Shown piece by piece: positions 45,301 to 60,300 of a stretch of 64,000 nucleotides of DNA (position 1 is its first letter; each line of letters starts with the position of its first letter). The stretch comes from Lama guanicoe (taxonomy: Eukaryota). The stretch lies in NCBI GenBank assembly GCA_013239625.1, contig MU054117.1:2230011-2294010 (forward strand), in the 5' to 3' direction. Both the position numbers and the translations under genes were made by a program. Under the pieces are notes generated by a model. It saw only the letters and a program-made list of their open reading frames with translations. It was not told where the DNA came from and did no database searches.

Positions 45301-48300
45301 CTGCACATCAAGCTACAGCCATCAATCTGACCATGCTGCAGCTAAGCAGACAGCAACCCACAATTGAAGAAAAGCTGACCCCAGGACTGAGACAGGATAT
45401 GCACAAGACATTGTACTGGAGAGCGAGGGAGCTACTGAAGACACTGCAGTCGTGTTCAAGGGACTCGGGAGTCAACCTGAAGAGGCTCCTGTTGACCAAA
45501 GATGGGACAGTTTAAGCATCGATAAGACTAATAGTTGTGATTAATACACACAAAGCATTTTAAAATTCATTTTCAACTCAAATGATGCTAGAGAAATAAC
45601 CTTCACTGGTCACCTTCTGAGAATATTAAGAAATAATTTACTACTTTGAAAACTAATGAAGGGAAAGGATCCAGCACTTGTCTTTCCTCTGTGAGCTATG
45701 CCTCAAAGTAACCAGTCAATAGAGGTGACTTCTCCTTAGAGAAGAATTCCAGACAAAAATGAATAAGGAATGGTAGAACTACAATGTTATCATTTTGCAA
45801 AAACAGATAAACAGACATATATATGAATATATATTATTTTTTTCATTCAATGGAATATTACACATAGCAATAAAAAGAATGATCTAGTGCCACATGTAAG
45901 AACACAGATGAACCTCACAGTCATAATGGTGACGTGAAATAGTACAGACACAAAGTACATCCTGTGCCCCAGTGCTCACAGCAGCACTGTTTACAACAGC
46001 CAACACATGGGGACAACCTAAGTGTCCATCGACAGGTGACTGGATAAAGAAGCTGTGGTATATTTATACAATGGAATACTACTCAGCCATACAAAATAAT
46101 AAAATAATGCCATTTGCAGCAACATGAATGGACCTGCAGATCATCATTCTAAGTGAAGTAAGCCAGAAAGGAAAAGAAAAATACCATATGGTATCACTTA
46201 TATGTGGAATCTATAAAAAAAAAAAGAAAGAAAGAAAAAATAGGACACTAATGAACTCATCTACAAAAGAAATAGACTCACAGACATAGTAAACAATCTT
46301 ATGTTTACTGGGGAAGAGAGGGTGGGAAGGGATAAATTTAGGAGACTGAGATTTGCAAATGTTAACCACTATGTGTAAAAATAGATAAAAAACAAATTTC
46401 TTCTGTACAGCACAGGGAACTATATGCAGTATCTTGTAATAACCTTTAATGAAAGAGAAAATGAAAATGAATACATGTGTGTGTATGTACAACTGGGGCA
46501 TTATGCTTATACCGGAAATTGACACATTGTAACTAACTATACATCAATAAAAAAAGCAAATAGGCCATATCTTGCTTCATAAAATAAAGTAACAAATTTT
46601 CAAGAACTGAAATCATAAAAAGTCTGTTCTCTAACCATATGAAATTACACTAGAAATCAATAACTGAAAGATACCATAAAGGTTCCAAACATTTGGAAAT
46701 TAAACAACACACTTCTACATAATCCACTGGCCAAAGAGAAGTCTCAAGAGAAATTATAAAATATTTTGAATTGAATGACAATGAAAATATAACATATGAA
46801 AATGCATTGGATGTAGCAAAAATAGTGCTTGGAGGAAAATTTATAGTACTAAGTGTTCATATTAGGAAAAGAGAAATGTCTCAAATCAATCATCAAAGTT
46901 CCCACTTAAATAAAAAAAAACTAGAAAAAGCAAAATAAATCCAAAGCAAGCAGAGGGAAGAAAATGCTACAGATAATAGTAAACATCAATAAAACTGAAA
47001 ACAAAAACAGAGAAAAATATGAAGCAACTGAATGGGGAAAGTAATAAAACAAAAAAATTGGTTCTTTGAAAGATCAACCAAATTGATGTTTCTAGCAAGA
47101 TTAACAAAGAAACAAAGAGAGAAGATAAATGAAAAAGTTTATGCAAACATTAAAAGCACAAGTGAATACTACAAACAACTCCAATTTACATAAATTCAAC
47201 AATTTAGGTGAAGAGGAAATGAACCAATTTCTTAAAAACCAAAACTCACCGAGGATGAAGCAAATAGTCTGAATAGTTCTATAGCTATTTTTGAAATTGA
47301 ATGTATAGTTTAAAATCCTTTCAAAAAAAAAAGAAGTATGTAGGTCACAATGTTTTCAAGGGTGACTTCTATCAAACACTTAAAGAAGAAATAACGTCAG
47401 TTTTACTCAGTCTCTTCCACAAGGTAGAAGAGGCAGCACTTACCAGCTCATTTTAAGAGGCCATACTAAAATCAGACGAAGACAACGAAGAAGAAAACTA
47501 TAAGTCAGTATCCCTTATGAATATGGACATAAAAATTGCCAACAAAATATCAGCAAATTAAATCCAGCAATATATAAAAAGAACAACACACCAAAATCAA
47601 GTGGAGTTCACTCTCGGAATACAAGGCTGCTTCAATACCTGAAAATCAATCAGTATGAGCTGTCATATTCATAGTCTAAAGAAGAAAATCAACATGATCA
47701 TATCAGTTGATTCCCCCCGCCAAATTTTACGTAATTCAACATCGATTAATGTTAAAAATTCTCAGTGAACTAGGAATAAAAGAAAACCTCCAAACCTGGT
47801 AGGTGGCACCTACCAAAAGTCTAACTACCATCATACTTAGTGGTGTAGGACTCAGTGCCTTCCTCTTAAGACTGGGAGCAAAGCAAGGATGTCTACTGCC
47901 CCCACCCTACCCAGCATCATCCTGGAAGTCCTAGCCAGTGCAGTAAGGCGGGGAAATGAAATAAACAGGTATAAGAACTAAAACTGTCCCCATTTGCAAG
48001 TAAGATGATTTTTACGTAGAAAATTCCAAGGAGTCCATATACCCACCAAAAAAGTCTTAGAAGTAATGTAAGGTCAATGTGCAGAACTCAATTGAATGTC
48101 TATATGCTAGCAATGAATACTTGGAACCCCAAAATCTTTTAATAATTGCACTTACAGTATCTCCAAAAAATGAAATACTTAGATATACACAGGATCTATA
48201 TGCTGAAAACTACAAAACGCTGATGAACAAAATCAAAGAAGATCTAAAAAACAGACATAACATGTTCATGGATTAGAGGACTCAGCATTATAAGGATTTT

Positions 48301-51300
48301 AGTTCTTCCCAAATAAATCTATGGATTTAATGCAACTCCATAAAAGTTCCAGCAGGATTTTTTGTAGATACAGATAAGCTGATTCTAAATTTACATGCAA
48401 AGGTAAACAGAAGAAAGTTAGAGGAATCTTGCTACACAATTTTAAGACTTACACTAAAACTAGAATAATCAAGAAAGTGTGGTATTTGGTGAACAGACAG
48501 ACACAGAGACCAACGGAGCAGAATACAGAGCTCAGAAATAGTTCCACAGAAACTCCTGTGAAGGGCTGAGCGGGGATGAGAGAGAGAGGACCGCAGCAAT
48601 GGGCGGAGGGGAAGAAAGAAGAAGGGAAATTCTTCCTCCGGGGGAGGACCAGGGCTGTCTGGATCCCGCCCTGGTCGTCCCTCCCCTAAGGCTCTGCCCT
48701 CAGCCTCCATCCTCAGTTCTACCTCTTATTTTTCCCACCCCTCGCCTGTTCTGCTGCTCTGTTACCAGCTGTCCCGGGTGGACTGTGTGCTCCCCAAATT
48801 CATGTCTGCCCAGAACCTCAGAATGTGACCTTGTTTGGAAACGGGGTCTTTGCAGATCAGTTCAAGTTAAGGTGAGTTCATACTGGGTTCAGGTGGGCCC
48901 TAATCCAGTGACTTCTGTCCTTATTAAGAAAACACACACAGAGAGACCACAGGGGCAGGATGCCCTGTGAGGATGGAGGCAGACTTGGAGTGACATGTCT
49001 ATAAGCCAAGGAACGCCACGGGCTGCCAAGAGACACTTGGAGCCTCCAGTAGGAACCAGGTCTGCCAATACTCTGGTTGGGACTTCTAGGTTGTACACCT
49101 GAGACGGAACATATTTCTGCCAGTGGAAGCCACTCCGTTGTGGCGCTTCGTTACGCAGCCCAAGGAAAGGGGGCTCCCTCCTGCTGACCTCCAAGCAGTG
49201 CTGGATCCGAGTGGGCATCTCGACAATAAGTGTTTCCATTAGCTTCTGGAGGGACTGCAGGGTCTCCCTGAACAGATCCTGAGGGGAGACGAGGGACTCA
49301 AACGACGGCCGGGCTCTCAGCCACCCCCATCCCTCCGTGCTCCGCTCTGCACCCTGGGTCTCCCAGGATGCCTTCCTTGAGAGATCCCGCCCCACAACTT
49401 TTCTCCTGCATCTCGAGGGCCACTTGTCTGCCATGAACGTGAAGGGATTCCCTTGTTTCCACCAGGACACAGATGTCCGCCTGATGTGTGCTGTCCCCGC
49501 GGGCTGGGAGCTCCCTGCCATCCCAGCCACCCCGCCCCTGCCCCCTGCTCCTGGGCGCTCAGCCTGGGACTCTGCCCCCCGGACTGCGGGGCAGCTTGGC
49601 TGGAGAGGCAGGGGCCAGCCTGGCAGTCAGCAGGGAAACTGGTTCACAAAAGCTAGGACAGCAGATGTGTCTCTCCCGTCTTTCAGTGAATGAAGTGACC
49701 CTGCCCAAAACTTTTTTTTTCAAGTTTTTTTTTTTAGTTTAGTGTTTTGGGGGTTGGCAGTAATTAGGCTTATTTATTTAATTATATTAATATAATATGT
49801 ATTTATATCATATAAATATAAATCTCCTGGGACTGGAGATGGAACCCAGGACCCTGTGCGTGCTAAGCACACGCTGTATCACGTGGGCTATACCCTCCCT
49901 CCCCAAACCTTATAAACCTCATAAAGAAAGCAGGTGATCCACCTAGGAGAGCTCCGAAAAGCAGGGGTTGGCTGGCAGAACCAAAGCAACATTTGTGGTC
50001 GTCCCAGAGCTGACAAGGAGGGGAAAGGAGCAGGGAGGCAGCTCTCCCTGAAATAAAGCCCGCAGAAGGAATCCACCTCCAGAGCCAAGCTCTTCCTACT
50101 GGAGCAGTAAGAGCCGGCCCCAGACACGGGAACCCTGTCAGACTGGCTCCCCACCCGAACCAGAGACCCCCTGAGGCAGGTCTAACGCGGACACAGGCAG
50201 AGGAAACCCACCTCAGCCCTCTCTGTGGGGACCTGTCCCTCCCTCGTAACAAGACTAAATACGAACTGACAAAGAAGCATCACCAGACCGCGGATGGACA
50301 GAAGGCCCAGGACAAACAAGCACACGGCTGGCCCTGAAGCAAACCAGACGAACTCAATAGAGAGCAGAACATGTAACCTGTTTACATTTTTATTCAGAGC
50401 CTCAAAAGATTCAAGAGACAACGGCATCTCTAATAAACAAGAACAACCAGTCAAGGTAAAGGAGTAATCAGAGCCCACGAAGGAGCCCCTGGAACCAAAG
50501 GCACAAGTGCACATCAGCAGCCTCTGCCCCCGGGGGACGCCGCGGGCCCTGCAGGAGGGCGCTCGGGTCTCCTGCTCCCGGGCGCCCTGGGTCTGTTTGA
50601 CCCCACAGGCCTTTAGCAGAGCCCCGTGCGAACGTCCCAGCCTGGTTTCAGTCGTACGACAGTTATGAAGTGAAGGACTGAGGGCCCGCCTCTGGGCCAG
50701 AAGATTAAGTGGCAGCAGGGGTCACTTGTAAGTGCCCCCAGGAAGGAGGCGTGTCTCCTGAGGGAGTTCAGACTCATCACCTCCGACCCCTTCCTCATCG
50801 GAGGTCTTCCTTCCCAAGATTTTGTCCTTATTAAATAAGGTGGATGAGCCTTCCATAAAACTGCCAGGCCTGTCCATCTCATCCTCTCCGAAATAAAATT
50901 AAAATGCAGAGACAAGCATCAAAGAGTGAATTACCACGTTGGCACTGGCCTCCCGGGGACTGGACGCCTCCTTTCGCAACACATCTGTGGGCGGCAGGCA
51001 GAACACACTCTTGTAGCACGCCCGGAGCAGCTCTGCTCTCTCCTTCACCTCTAAGAGGGGCCTGATCTGCCTGTGATCCAGGGAGGAGCAGAAATGTAAC
51101 CAGACAGTGGTGGCCGGCAGCAACAGCTGAGGAAGGTGTGGAGAGAAGGGGGACATGGCGGGACAGTGGGCAAGGAGGTGGAAGGTGCCAGAAGGAGAGG
51201 TGATGAAACAATAAAGGGAGGAAACAGTAAGAAAAGGGGGAAAGAACCAGGAACACGGAAGGAGAGGGGCACAACGATCACAGGAAATGGCGCTGACGTT

Positions 51301-54300
51301 CTGGGGTGACGTGTGACTTTCTGGTTCCCCAGATGTTTGGACGGGATGGGGGATCTGTGACGGCGCGGAGGTGTCTGGTCAGGGACAGCCCTGAAGGCAG
51401 AGGGCAGCCTGGGGCAGAAGCCCCGGCAGGTGCCCGTGGACACGGTAGAGGTGGTCTTGGCCAGGGGCTCCGAAAATCCCACCTAAAGAATCTTGGCGCA
51501 AGGAAGCAGCAGGCATTGCCTCGTGGGGGCTCACTCCTGCCTGGGGCCCTGAGGCCAGAAGCAGAAACTAAGAGGTGGGGACACACTGGGGAATAAAGAG
51601 CCGAGTGCAGGCAGAGCAAGGAAGACAGAGCAGCTGGTGTGCTCACCTGAAGTCAGTGACAATGCTCATCGCCTTCTGCCTGATGGGGCTGGAGATGGAG
51701 GTCAGCGGCTCCTCCTTGATGAGCTCCTGTGACACACACGCCCGGAGACCAAGAGGGTCCGGAACATCTCTCTCTCGCCTGCCTCCCCCTCCTCCCACCC
51801 CAGAAGGTAGAACCTGGAATCTCCAGGGACGTCCGTCCTCCCCACGGTGGCAGCCCCCATGCAGCACCCACCCTTGCCCTGACGGTGGGAAGGGAAGGGA
51901 AGGAGGGGGAAGAGGGGCACGGGGAATCGGACTTCTCCCCTCAGGGCCCAGCCTGGGAGCACTGCCAGCGGTGTCCGGGGGGACCCGGCTGCCCTCCCCG
52001 CGGCAGGGGCACTCACCACCATGAAGGCCACCATCTCCAGTTTGTGGGGGAACTCCAAGCAGAAGGCCGCGGGCTGGCTGCCCAGGACCCCGGTCAGCTT
52101 GGTCAGAGCGTCCAGGTAGTCCAGCTTCAGGTTCTTGTCCTGAACGAAGCGGTGTGCTCAGGCCCAGGTGGGGATGCTCTGGGGCGGGGCACCACTCACA
52201 CGGACTCTGGTCATGAGGAGCAAGGCCCTCTGTGGCCTTCCCCAGGCCGAGGCCCCGCAGTTCCCCGCCAAGGGCAGCTCAGGAAAGGGAAGCCTGTGGC
52301 GTCCACGCGGGGGAGAGGCCGCTTCTCACTGCCCCCTCGGCAGCGCCCCGGTGGCACACTTAAATTAGGGTAAGTCTAGCTGCCTTGTCTCTCTCAAGGT
52401 ACTGTCTTTCCACTGAAGAAGTTCTACCGAAGGATGTCCAGGTGGATGGTGGTGGGGCCGGGAGTGGGGAGGACTTCCTCCCCTACCCTGGGGACATGTG
52501 CTCTGGACAAAGAGCGGAAGCAGGAAAATCAACTGGGGCTCCCTCTAATGCCCCCGAATGCATCTTCCAACAACTGTGTTAGGGAACTTAGGTTTTCCTC
52601 ATCCCTTCGTCAGAGAGGGCAGCAAAGAGCCCAAAGGCAGACTGCAGCAGGCCAGCAGGGAAGGAGACACTTTCAACAGGCCTCACCCCCCTGCGGTCTC
52701 CTCCCCCAGCCAGTTAGCGTTTCACAGCAGCAGGATTAAGGAGAAGGACTGAAATGCAGAAGAGGCAGTCACTGTCCCATCCCCACCACGGGTCCCGCTC
52801 AGGGCCAGCATCTCTTCCTTGCAGGGGAAGAGGGAGAAGGCAGGGATGGGTGTTGGAGACACCGAGCAAGCAGGAGGTACCTTCTCCACGATGCAGTGGC
52901 GGTAGTGCTGCAGGACCAGGGCCAGGATGGCGTCCAAGTGCTCGAAGGCGGCCGCCTTGCTCTCTGAGACAATCTTGCTGTAGCACAGGTAGATGGTGTG
53001 ACAGACCAGCCCCCACTCCCTGGGCTGATGCTCCTGCAAGGGAGGGAGAAACTCACCTTCCCGTCCGTGCGTCACCCTATCCTCCTTGCCTGATGGGGAC
53101 GCAGCGCTTCAGAGAGGGCAAGGTTGGGTCCAAGGGCTCAGAAGGCCAGACGGGGCCGTGGAGTGGTGAACAGCTCGGGGGCTGCAGCGGGTGACACCCA
53201 GGCCTGAAGCATGGCCGTGAGGGAGGGGAGGGGGGTGGGTGAAACCTCCCCGCAGTTGGTCAGAGGGAAGCAAGCATTTACAGGGGAGGCACAGGCCTCA
53301 GAGACGTGGGGGGGCTGAGGCGGTGGGATGCCTTGGAAGGCTTTGAGGGGAGGCCAGCAGAGCCCCCAGGGGCATCACCACCTTCATCAGTCTGAGTATG
53401 AAGGATGAGGCCTTGTCAGTGAGGACAGCACCGTATGCCTGCAGGCGGTCCAGGGCTGTCTTCAGATGCTTCGTGGACACAATGCTGAGCGCCACGGCGA
53501 TGCCCTGGAACGGGGAGAGCCTCAGCACCACGCCACGGCTCAGGGTGAGCCCGCGCCTGCTGTGCCCCCACGGAACCAGGGAGCCAGAGAGAGGAGGGAG
53601 ACGAAAGGGAAAGAGAAGAAATGAAGGGAAGGGTGGTTCCCTGCACTTGAACTGTTTAAAATCCAGATGGAGAACCAAACATCCTTGCAAGAAGTAATTT
53701 AAGCAGTCAATTATCCCAGATTATGAAAACTTAGAGTATGGCTCTGTGGCAGAGCGTATGCTTAGCATGCACGAGGTCCTGGGTTCAATCCCCAGTGCCT
53801 CTAATAAATAGATAAATTAATAAATAAAATTTTAAAAAGAAAAATTAGAGTCACAGATCTGTAACATTCGGGGATTATCAAATTCGACGCTGCAGAATAG
53901 AGAATACTTCTGTGCGCTAGGAATTTGGAGAAGGGTTCTTCTGAGGAGGGAGTGGACGGGAGGAACAAATCAAGGCACGTTATGGACAAAGTTGGACACT
54001 AACCAGAGAGAATCTGGTGGAGAGGGACGACTTACAGACACTGCTAGTGTTTCCAGTCCAGGAGAACAGGAAACAGTGGAAACTCAGACCAAAATGGGCA
54101 GGTGGAAAGGGGGGGCTGTCTACAGCTGGGGAGAGAGGGAGGAGTGAGTCCCTGGAAGTGCTGTGTGGGATGCAGTGGCTGGGCAGCTAAGTGGAAGTGT
54201 TGACCGTGGCCAGTGGGTCTAAAAGTTGGCCTGCCAGCTGTTTGCCAGCCATGCCATTTGTGCCGAAGGAGCTGCTGCTAAGACTCTGCAGAATGGAAGG

Positions 54301-57300
54301 GACCTGGGGACAGTGACAGGTGCTCCAGGACACAGATCTTCAGGATGGGGTAAAGTATCAGTGGGTCCTGTTCTGGCCTCCAAGGAGGTGAAGGGGAAGC
54401 TCTGCCTAGTTAGGAAGCAGGGATTCGGGGGCATCTGAAGGGGGTCCTTCTCCGTCCCTCTTCTCATGCCCTCCCTTAGCCCTTAGTGGGTGGTCTGGCT
54501 TGCGAGGTTTGAGCTTCCAGCCACACTGCCGTCCTGCCTCTTAAACTGTGTCCCCCTTTGCCAGTGGCCCCACTCACCTCTCTCTCCTGCAGCTCCTCGT
54601 GGGCAGTCTGCAGGAGGGAGGAAAGCATGCTCTTCAACAGTTCCGTGTTCCATGTGGTCCGTAGGCAGAAGCCGAATAACTTATACAGGAAAGCCTGCGG
54701 GGAGGGGAGGAAGGCAGGGTTGGGCACCGCTTGGACCCAGGTGAGGGCAGCCTGCGAACAGCAGCTTCCACGAGCTTTGTAAGTGTCAGCCCTGCTCCGG
54801 CCGCCAGCACTGGTCTCTGGGGGCGTCTGGAGGAGGCGGTGACCCCGCAGAGCAAGGGCTCAAGCTCGCTGGAAGAACAGCCTGCATCTCTCATTCCTCA
54901 GCCTCTTAGGGGAGGGACCGTCTTTCAGAAACTATCCTTGATCCACAGACTTCTCACTTCCAGCTAGGAAATAAAACAGTCCCTTACATTTGTGTAATTT
55001 TAAATAAAAGTTGTGGAACTGCGTGTCACCTCTCTCTCTGCCTCCTCTCAACGGCAGTGGCCTCTGCACTCACTCACCACGCGCTGCCAGTCTGCCCTGT
55101 AGCCCCCACTCCTGCCTCAGGCTCTGCGTTTCCTACCTTCTCTGTCAATCTGACTTTTGCCACTTTCCAAGTGAGGCAACTGAAACTGGAGGCTGAGACC
55201 CTTGACCCAGATGACAGCGGGCACAGAAAGGCCAGGGCGGGCAGCCAGGCCTTTATCACCACCGACCTTGAGCTCCAGAGTAAGGACCCTGCTCCCAGCA
55301 TCAGGCCCGGCCCCAACCAGCCGCAGCCTCCAAGGTTACTTGAATTAATCTCGCACTGCACCCAAGGAGCAGCTCCACCAGGTTACCGAGCAGCGGCGGG
55401 TGCAGTTACGACAACAGACGGCGGCTCTTGGTAAGGCCTAAAACGCTGAGCACAGGTAAGCTACTTGGACGTTTTGCTCCTGGGTGACCCCTACTAGCTC
55501 CTTGTCTGACCGTCCCTCGACCCCTTAGGACCCAGGAACAACTTTCGCCCTCGCCCCAAGGCCGCTGCTTCGCGCCCGGCCTGCAGCCCTACCCCCCAGG
55601 CCGCTCCAGCCCATTCCCCCCCCAACGTCCCCACTGGCAACTGCCACGCCGGCCACAAAGACACACCTTCTCCTCGTCTTCGTCGCTGAAATAATTTATC
55701 CTCTCCAAGATGACGCTGAGGAGCTGTTCCAGCCACTTGTCGTCACCGATGGCCAATAAAGACTGACTTGAAAACTGAGAAAGAGGGAGGGGAGGAGGAC
55801 CACAGAGGAGAGGGGGGTGAGAGGGAGCAAGAGATGGGCCGTGCCTGGGGCCTGAAGAGGGCTGAGGGCAGGTGGGGGGCGGCCCAGGGAGCTCACCTGG
55901 AGCAGCCTGTCCTGCCACTCCTTCTGACTCAGGGTCTTCTCGGTGTGATCTAGGAGAAGAGAGAGCTTGGGACCCCTCCGGCCAGAAGGCCTGGGCAAGG
56001 CCAAAGACCCCGCACCTGCACACTGTGCCAGGGCCAGAAACCCGCCATCTCACTGAAGTCACATCACGTCCTATATAAGACAGCTGCTCTCCCACTGTAC
56101 AGAGGCTCCCGGAGATGAAGGACTTTCTAAAGGTCAAACACACATGCCAGTCAGTAGCAGAGTGAGGATACAAATCTGGGTCTGCCTGGTTCCAAAGCCC
56201 ACACTCTCCCCTGAGCCGCCACTCACAAGAAGGGGCAGGAGTCACTCTGGGAACACTGGAGCCACAGAACCCTGGACTGTGTGTCTGCTCAGCTCAGAAC
56301 GTGGCCCTGAGCAGCAAACCCATCCGGACAGCATCTCAGAGGCACAGAGAGGCTGCTCCCAGTCCTCGTCACCCCCAGGAAAGCCCATCGTGCGCTTGGG
56401 GCTCCGTCTCTTCTGGATTCTGCCTCTTGCCCCAGCTTCATTCCACACCCCCCCACCAACTCCTCACCATCCAGGATCTGCAGCATCTTGGGGATCTCCT
56501 TTGTCCACAGCCAGCCCACATCCAAGTTGATAATGGGGTGCAGCGAGGTGATAGGATGCAAGGCATTCAGTAGCCTTAGCGAGCTTACACCAAATTCCTT
56601 TTCTCTATAGGGTTTCAGGGAAAACATCTGAGAAACGAGAAAAGCAAGAAGGAGGCAGAGAAAGGATTTAAGGGAAGAGAAGAAAGAAAACTAGAATAAG
56701 CCATAGACAGGCAGAGCAGGAGCAAAGACCTCCCCCATTCCATCCCCCCTGCTGAACTCCTACATGTGCTCCAAGATGCTCTTGAAACGTCACCTCCTCC
56801 TGATGCCTTCCCTGAAGACCGAGTCAGCCCACTGCTCTTCTAGGATCCCAGTACACCCTGCGTATCCCTCTATTGGTACACGTATCGCACGGCATTGTGG
56901 GTGGTTATTCCCAGGCTTGCCTTCCCCGCTAAGACTGTGCACACCTCAGGGGCAGGTCTCTATCTTGTTTCTCCAAGTGTTCAGAATGCCTAGCGCACAA
57001 TGTCTGGGCAAACAGAGAAACTCAAAACATACGTGCCGAGAAAATGAGATCCAGAAAGGCATGCAGACTTGTCCAACGTCAGCAAAAGAGAAACTTAACA
57101 ACCATGTAGGAAACAAGCCAGGCCTTCCCATTCCCCACTTCTTCCTCAACTCTGGGCCCAGCACTAAGCCCCAAGTTCCCTCCTCCAAGCTCTTCGACCT
57201 GGACCACCTCCCCCCAGAGCTCCAGTGATCCTTGGCTCTACCATCTTATTCCATGTCCAGCATAATACCTGGAAGAGAGTAGCACTCAACTATTTGTGGA

Positions 57301-60300
57301 ATGACTGGAATGAGGGACGGATGGATGGATGGGTGAATGGATGGATGGGTAGAAGGGTGGGTGGGTGGNNNNNNNNNNNNNNNNNNNNNNNNNNNNNNNN
57401 NNNNNNNNNNNNNNNNNNNNNNNNNNNNNNNNNNNNNNNNNNNNNNNNNNNNNNNNNNNNNNNNNNNNNNNNNNNNNNNNNNNNNNNNNNNNNNNNNNNN
57501 NNNNNNNNNNNNNNNNNNNNNNNNNNNNNNNNNNNNNNNNNNNNNNNNNNNNNNNNNNNNNNNNNNNNNNNNNNNNNNNNNNNNNNNNNNNNNNNNNNNN
57601 NNNNNNNNNNNNNNNNNNNNNGTTAGGTGGATGGGTGGATGGATGGATGGATGGATGGGTGGATGGAGGGATGGATGAGTGGATGGATGGATGGATGGAT
57701 GGATGGGTAGATGGATGGGTGGGTAGATGGGTGGATGGGTGGATGGATGGATGGATGGATGGAGATGTAGTACTCATCCTAAAATGACTTACCACAAGGT
57801 GGACCAGGAGTTTCTGTGGGGAGATGAACTGGGTGGCTAAGTTAAAGAGAGGATAAAAGAAGAGGACAGAGTCAGTGCCAGCTCCAGGGTGTCCCGACGG
57901 GCAGCGCACCATCAGGACTCCAGAGGAGGAGAAAGAGCAAAGTGCAGAGGGGGCATTGGGCCAGTGCCACTGGGGCCTGTGACACTTTCACTCAGTCTAA
58001 AGAACAAACCATGACATGTTCAGCTAAAAAAAGGGGGAAAAAAGAAAAACACATCAAGGGATGTGCTGAACAGATGTTCTCACCCAGTCCCGCCGCCCCT
58101 GGGATTAGAAGTCAAGGCGTGAGATCAGCACAGAGTGAGGAGCAGAGTCGGGGCAAAGGGAACTGAGGGCCAGGAGTGTCCGTGTGCACGTGACACTGAA
58201 CTAACAAGGTGCTGCTGCCTCTCGACTCCAGCGTTCTAACATGAGGCATAGAGGCATGAGGCAAGCGTGCCTGGGCCCCTCTTCCAGAGGGGGCCCCTTT
58301 CACCCTCAAGGCCCCAGGGGCCCCTTTGCCTCACTGGCCCCCCAGGCCAGCCCAAGCTCCCGGGCACCGCTCCCACCCCACACTCCAGGCCCCCGGGAGT
58401 CTGCCTCTGGCGGCTGGCACCTCCCCACGGCTGCCCCTGGGTACTCACGCTGGAGGTGGAAGCCGCTGAGGTAGGGGACCTGGCCCAGGGCCCGGGCCCT
58501 CAGGGCCATCTCCGTGGCCGTCTTACTCAGCGGCACGAAGGCCAGGCTGTTGCTGGGCTGACACAGCAAGGTGATCAGCTTAGGCAAGGGCACCTGGCGG
58601 GGGTGTGGGAGGGCTTCAGGGCCAAGCTCCGAGTCAGCCCCGGCACAAGCGCTCACCCTCCCTTCCTGCACGTGCAGCCCCTCACCCTACCCACATTCTC
58701 ACCCCTCCCCACTGCACGTGGTAAAACACAGCCAGGTCCTGATGAAAATGACGGCAGGGAGGGCCTGGTGAGGGAGAGGGAACCGTGTACTTCACGGGGG
58801 AACACTCTGGAGAAGACAGACTCAACAAACGTCAGGGGACAGAGCTTGCTGGAAGGGAGAGTGACTCCAGGGAGGAGGGGAAGTGACGCTGGCCTCCCCC
58901 CCACTCCCCCCCAGCCCTTCACCCAGCGCTGACCCACACGACCTTCAGCTCGCTAGAAACTCCAAGGACCCTGAGAGGCCGCGGAGCAGGCGGGGCGTGT
59001 GATCACCCCCTTTTCACAGGAGGAGAAACTGCAGCCCAGAGAGCAGTTTTCTCAAGACACTACAGCCAGGAACAGGCCTAGCAGGACCCAGATTCACCAA
59101 TCATGACCTTCCTCTGCTCCACGGAGCCACTTCTCAGAGGCCCTAGGGGCCAAGGGAGGTGGGGAGCAGTACAAGAGACAGGACAGGGGCTTGACGGGGG
59201 TGCAGTCTGGGGGTCAGGGCAGGGATCTGGGAGCCTGACCCTGGAGGTTTGTACCATCTGTAGGATTTTGGAACACTTTAGTTGGATGTCCTCTTCATTC
59301 TGGAATAAAGAAAGGAAAGAGTTAAATCTGAACCCAAAGCCAGCTGAGCCTCCTGGCTCACTGCTCAGGGTTTGAGACACCTCCAAAGCCCCTCCCCCTT
59401 CCCCTCTGCTCACCCTCCCCCTGCCCTGTGCCCCCCGCCCCTCCCTCTGCCCGCCCCCCTGGCCCCGCTCACTGAGCGGTCAGACTGGCAGAGCTGGATG
59501 GTGTAGTCAATGACGACGTCTCCCTGGGGAAGGGTCAGGTAGCCGAGGCGGCCCAGCATCTCAAGGAAGCTCAGAAGGGTCTTCCGCACCTGGGGGTCGC
59601 AGGCCATCACGGCGCAAGACAGGCCGACACGTCAGGGACCACCCGTCTGATCCTGCACGTCCCGGTGAGGGCTCAGGCAAGCAGAGCAGGTGCGGGCGCC
59701 TTCGGTGAGGGGCCTCCTCTCTCCTGACTCCAAGCCCAGGGTGACGCCTTGGTGGGCTACCAGCGATGACAGGTCACCAGTCTCCGAACCCGACCACTCC
59801 GTGCTCCACCCTGGAGTTCCAGCCCACTTCCGTTCCCCCCACCCTCCTGGAAGACCCCAGGTACTTAGCTGGCCCATGCCCTGCTCCCCAGAGACATGAA
59901 CATGGGTGGGAGTGTGGGTGGGGCGGAACCTGCGTTCAGGTAAGGTCCCACGTCCTGGCCTCCACAGGGAAGGTCAGGAACAAATCCCACACGTCAGGAG
60001 GCCCAGCCTTCAAGCTGCCAGCTCCCCAGGACCCTTCTGAGGATTTAGGACTTTGTTTTCAGGGATGATGCCACTGCCGTCCATCCGACACCATGAACCA
60101 CTGCTCCCCCGCTCCCCTGTCCTGCACAACTCAGAGCTAGCTCCAGTCTGCTGCCTCGAAACCTGGCTGCACAGCTTGTTAAAAACAAGGCTTCTCAGAC
60201 CCCATGCCAGGCATAACGTTTGGGGTCCTCTCTCCCTGAGCAAACTGCATTCTCCGAGGGCAGAGCTGGTATCCTTCAGAGCTCCACGTCTCCATTGGGC

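Noticed and set aside
57225..57912. ORFs with MDGW/HPS repeats and X runs
   Set aside because: Translation of a GGAT microsatellite and an N gap.
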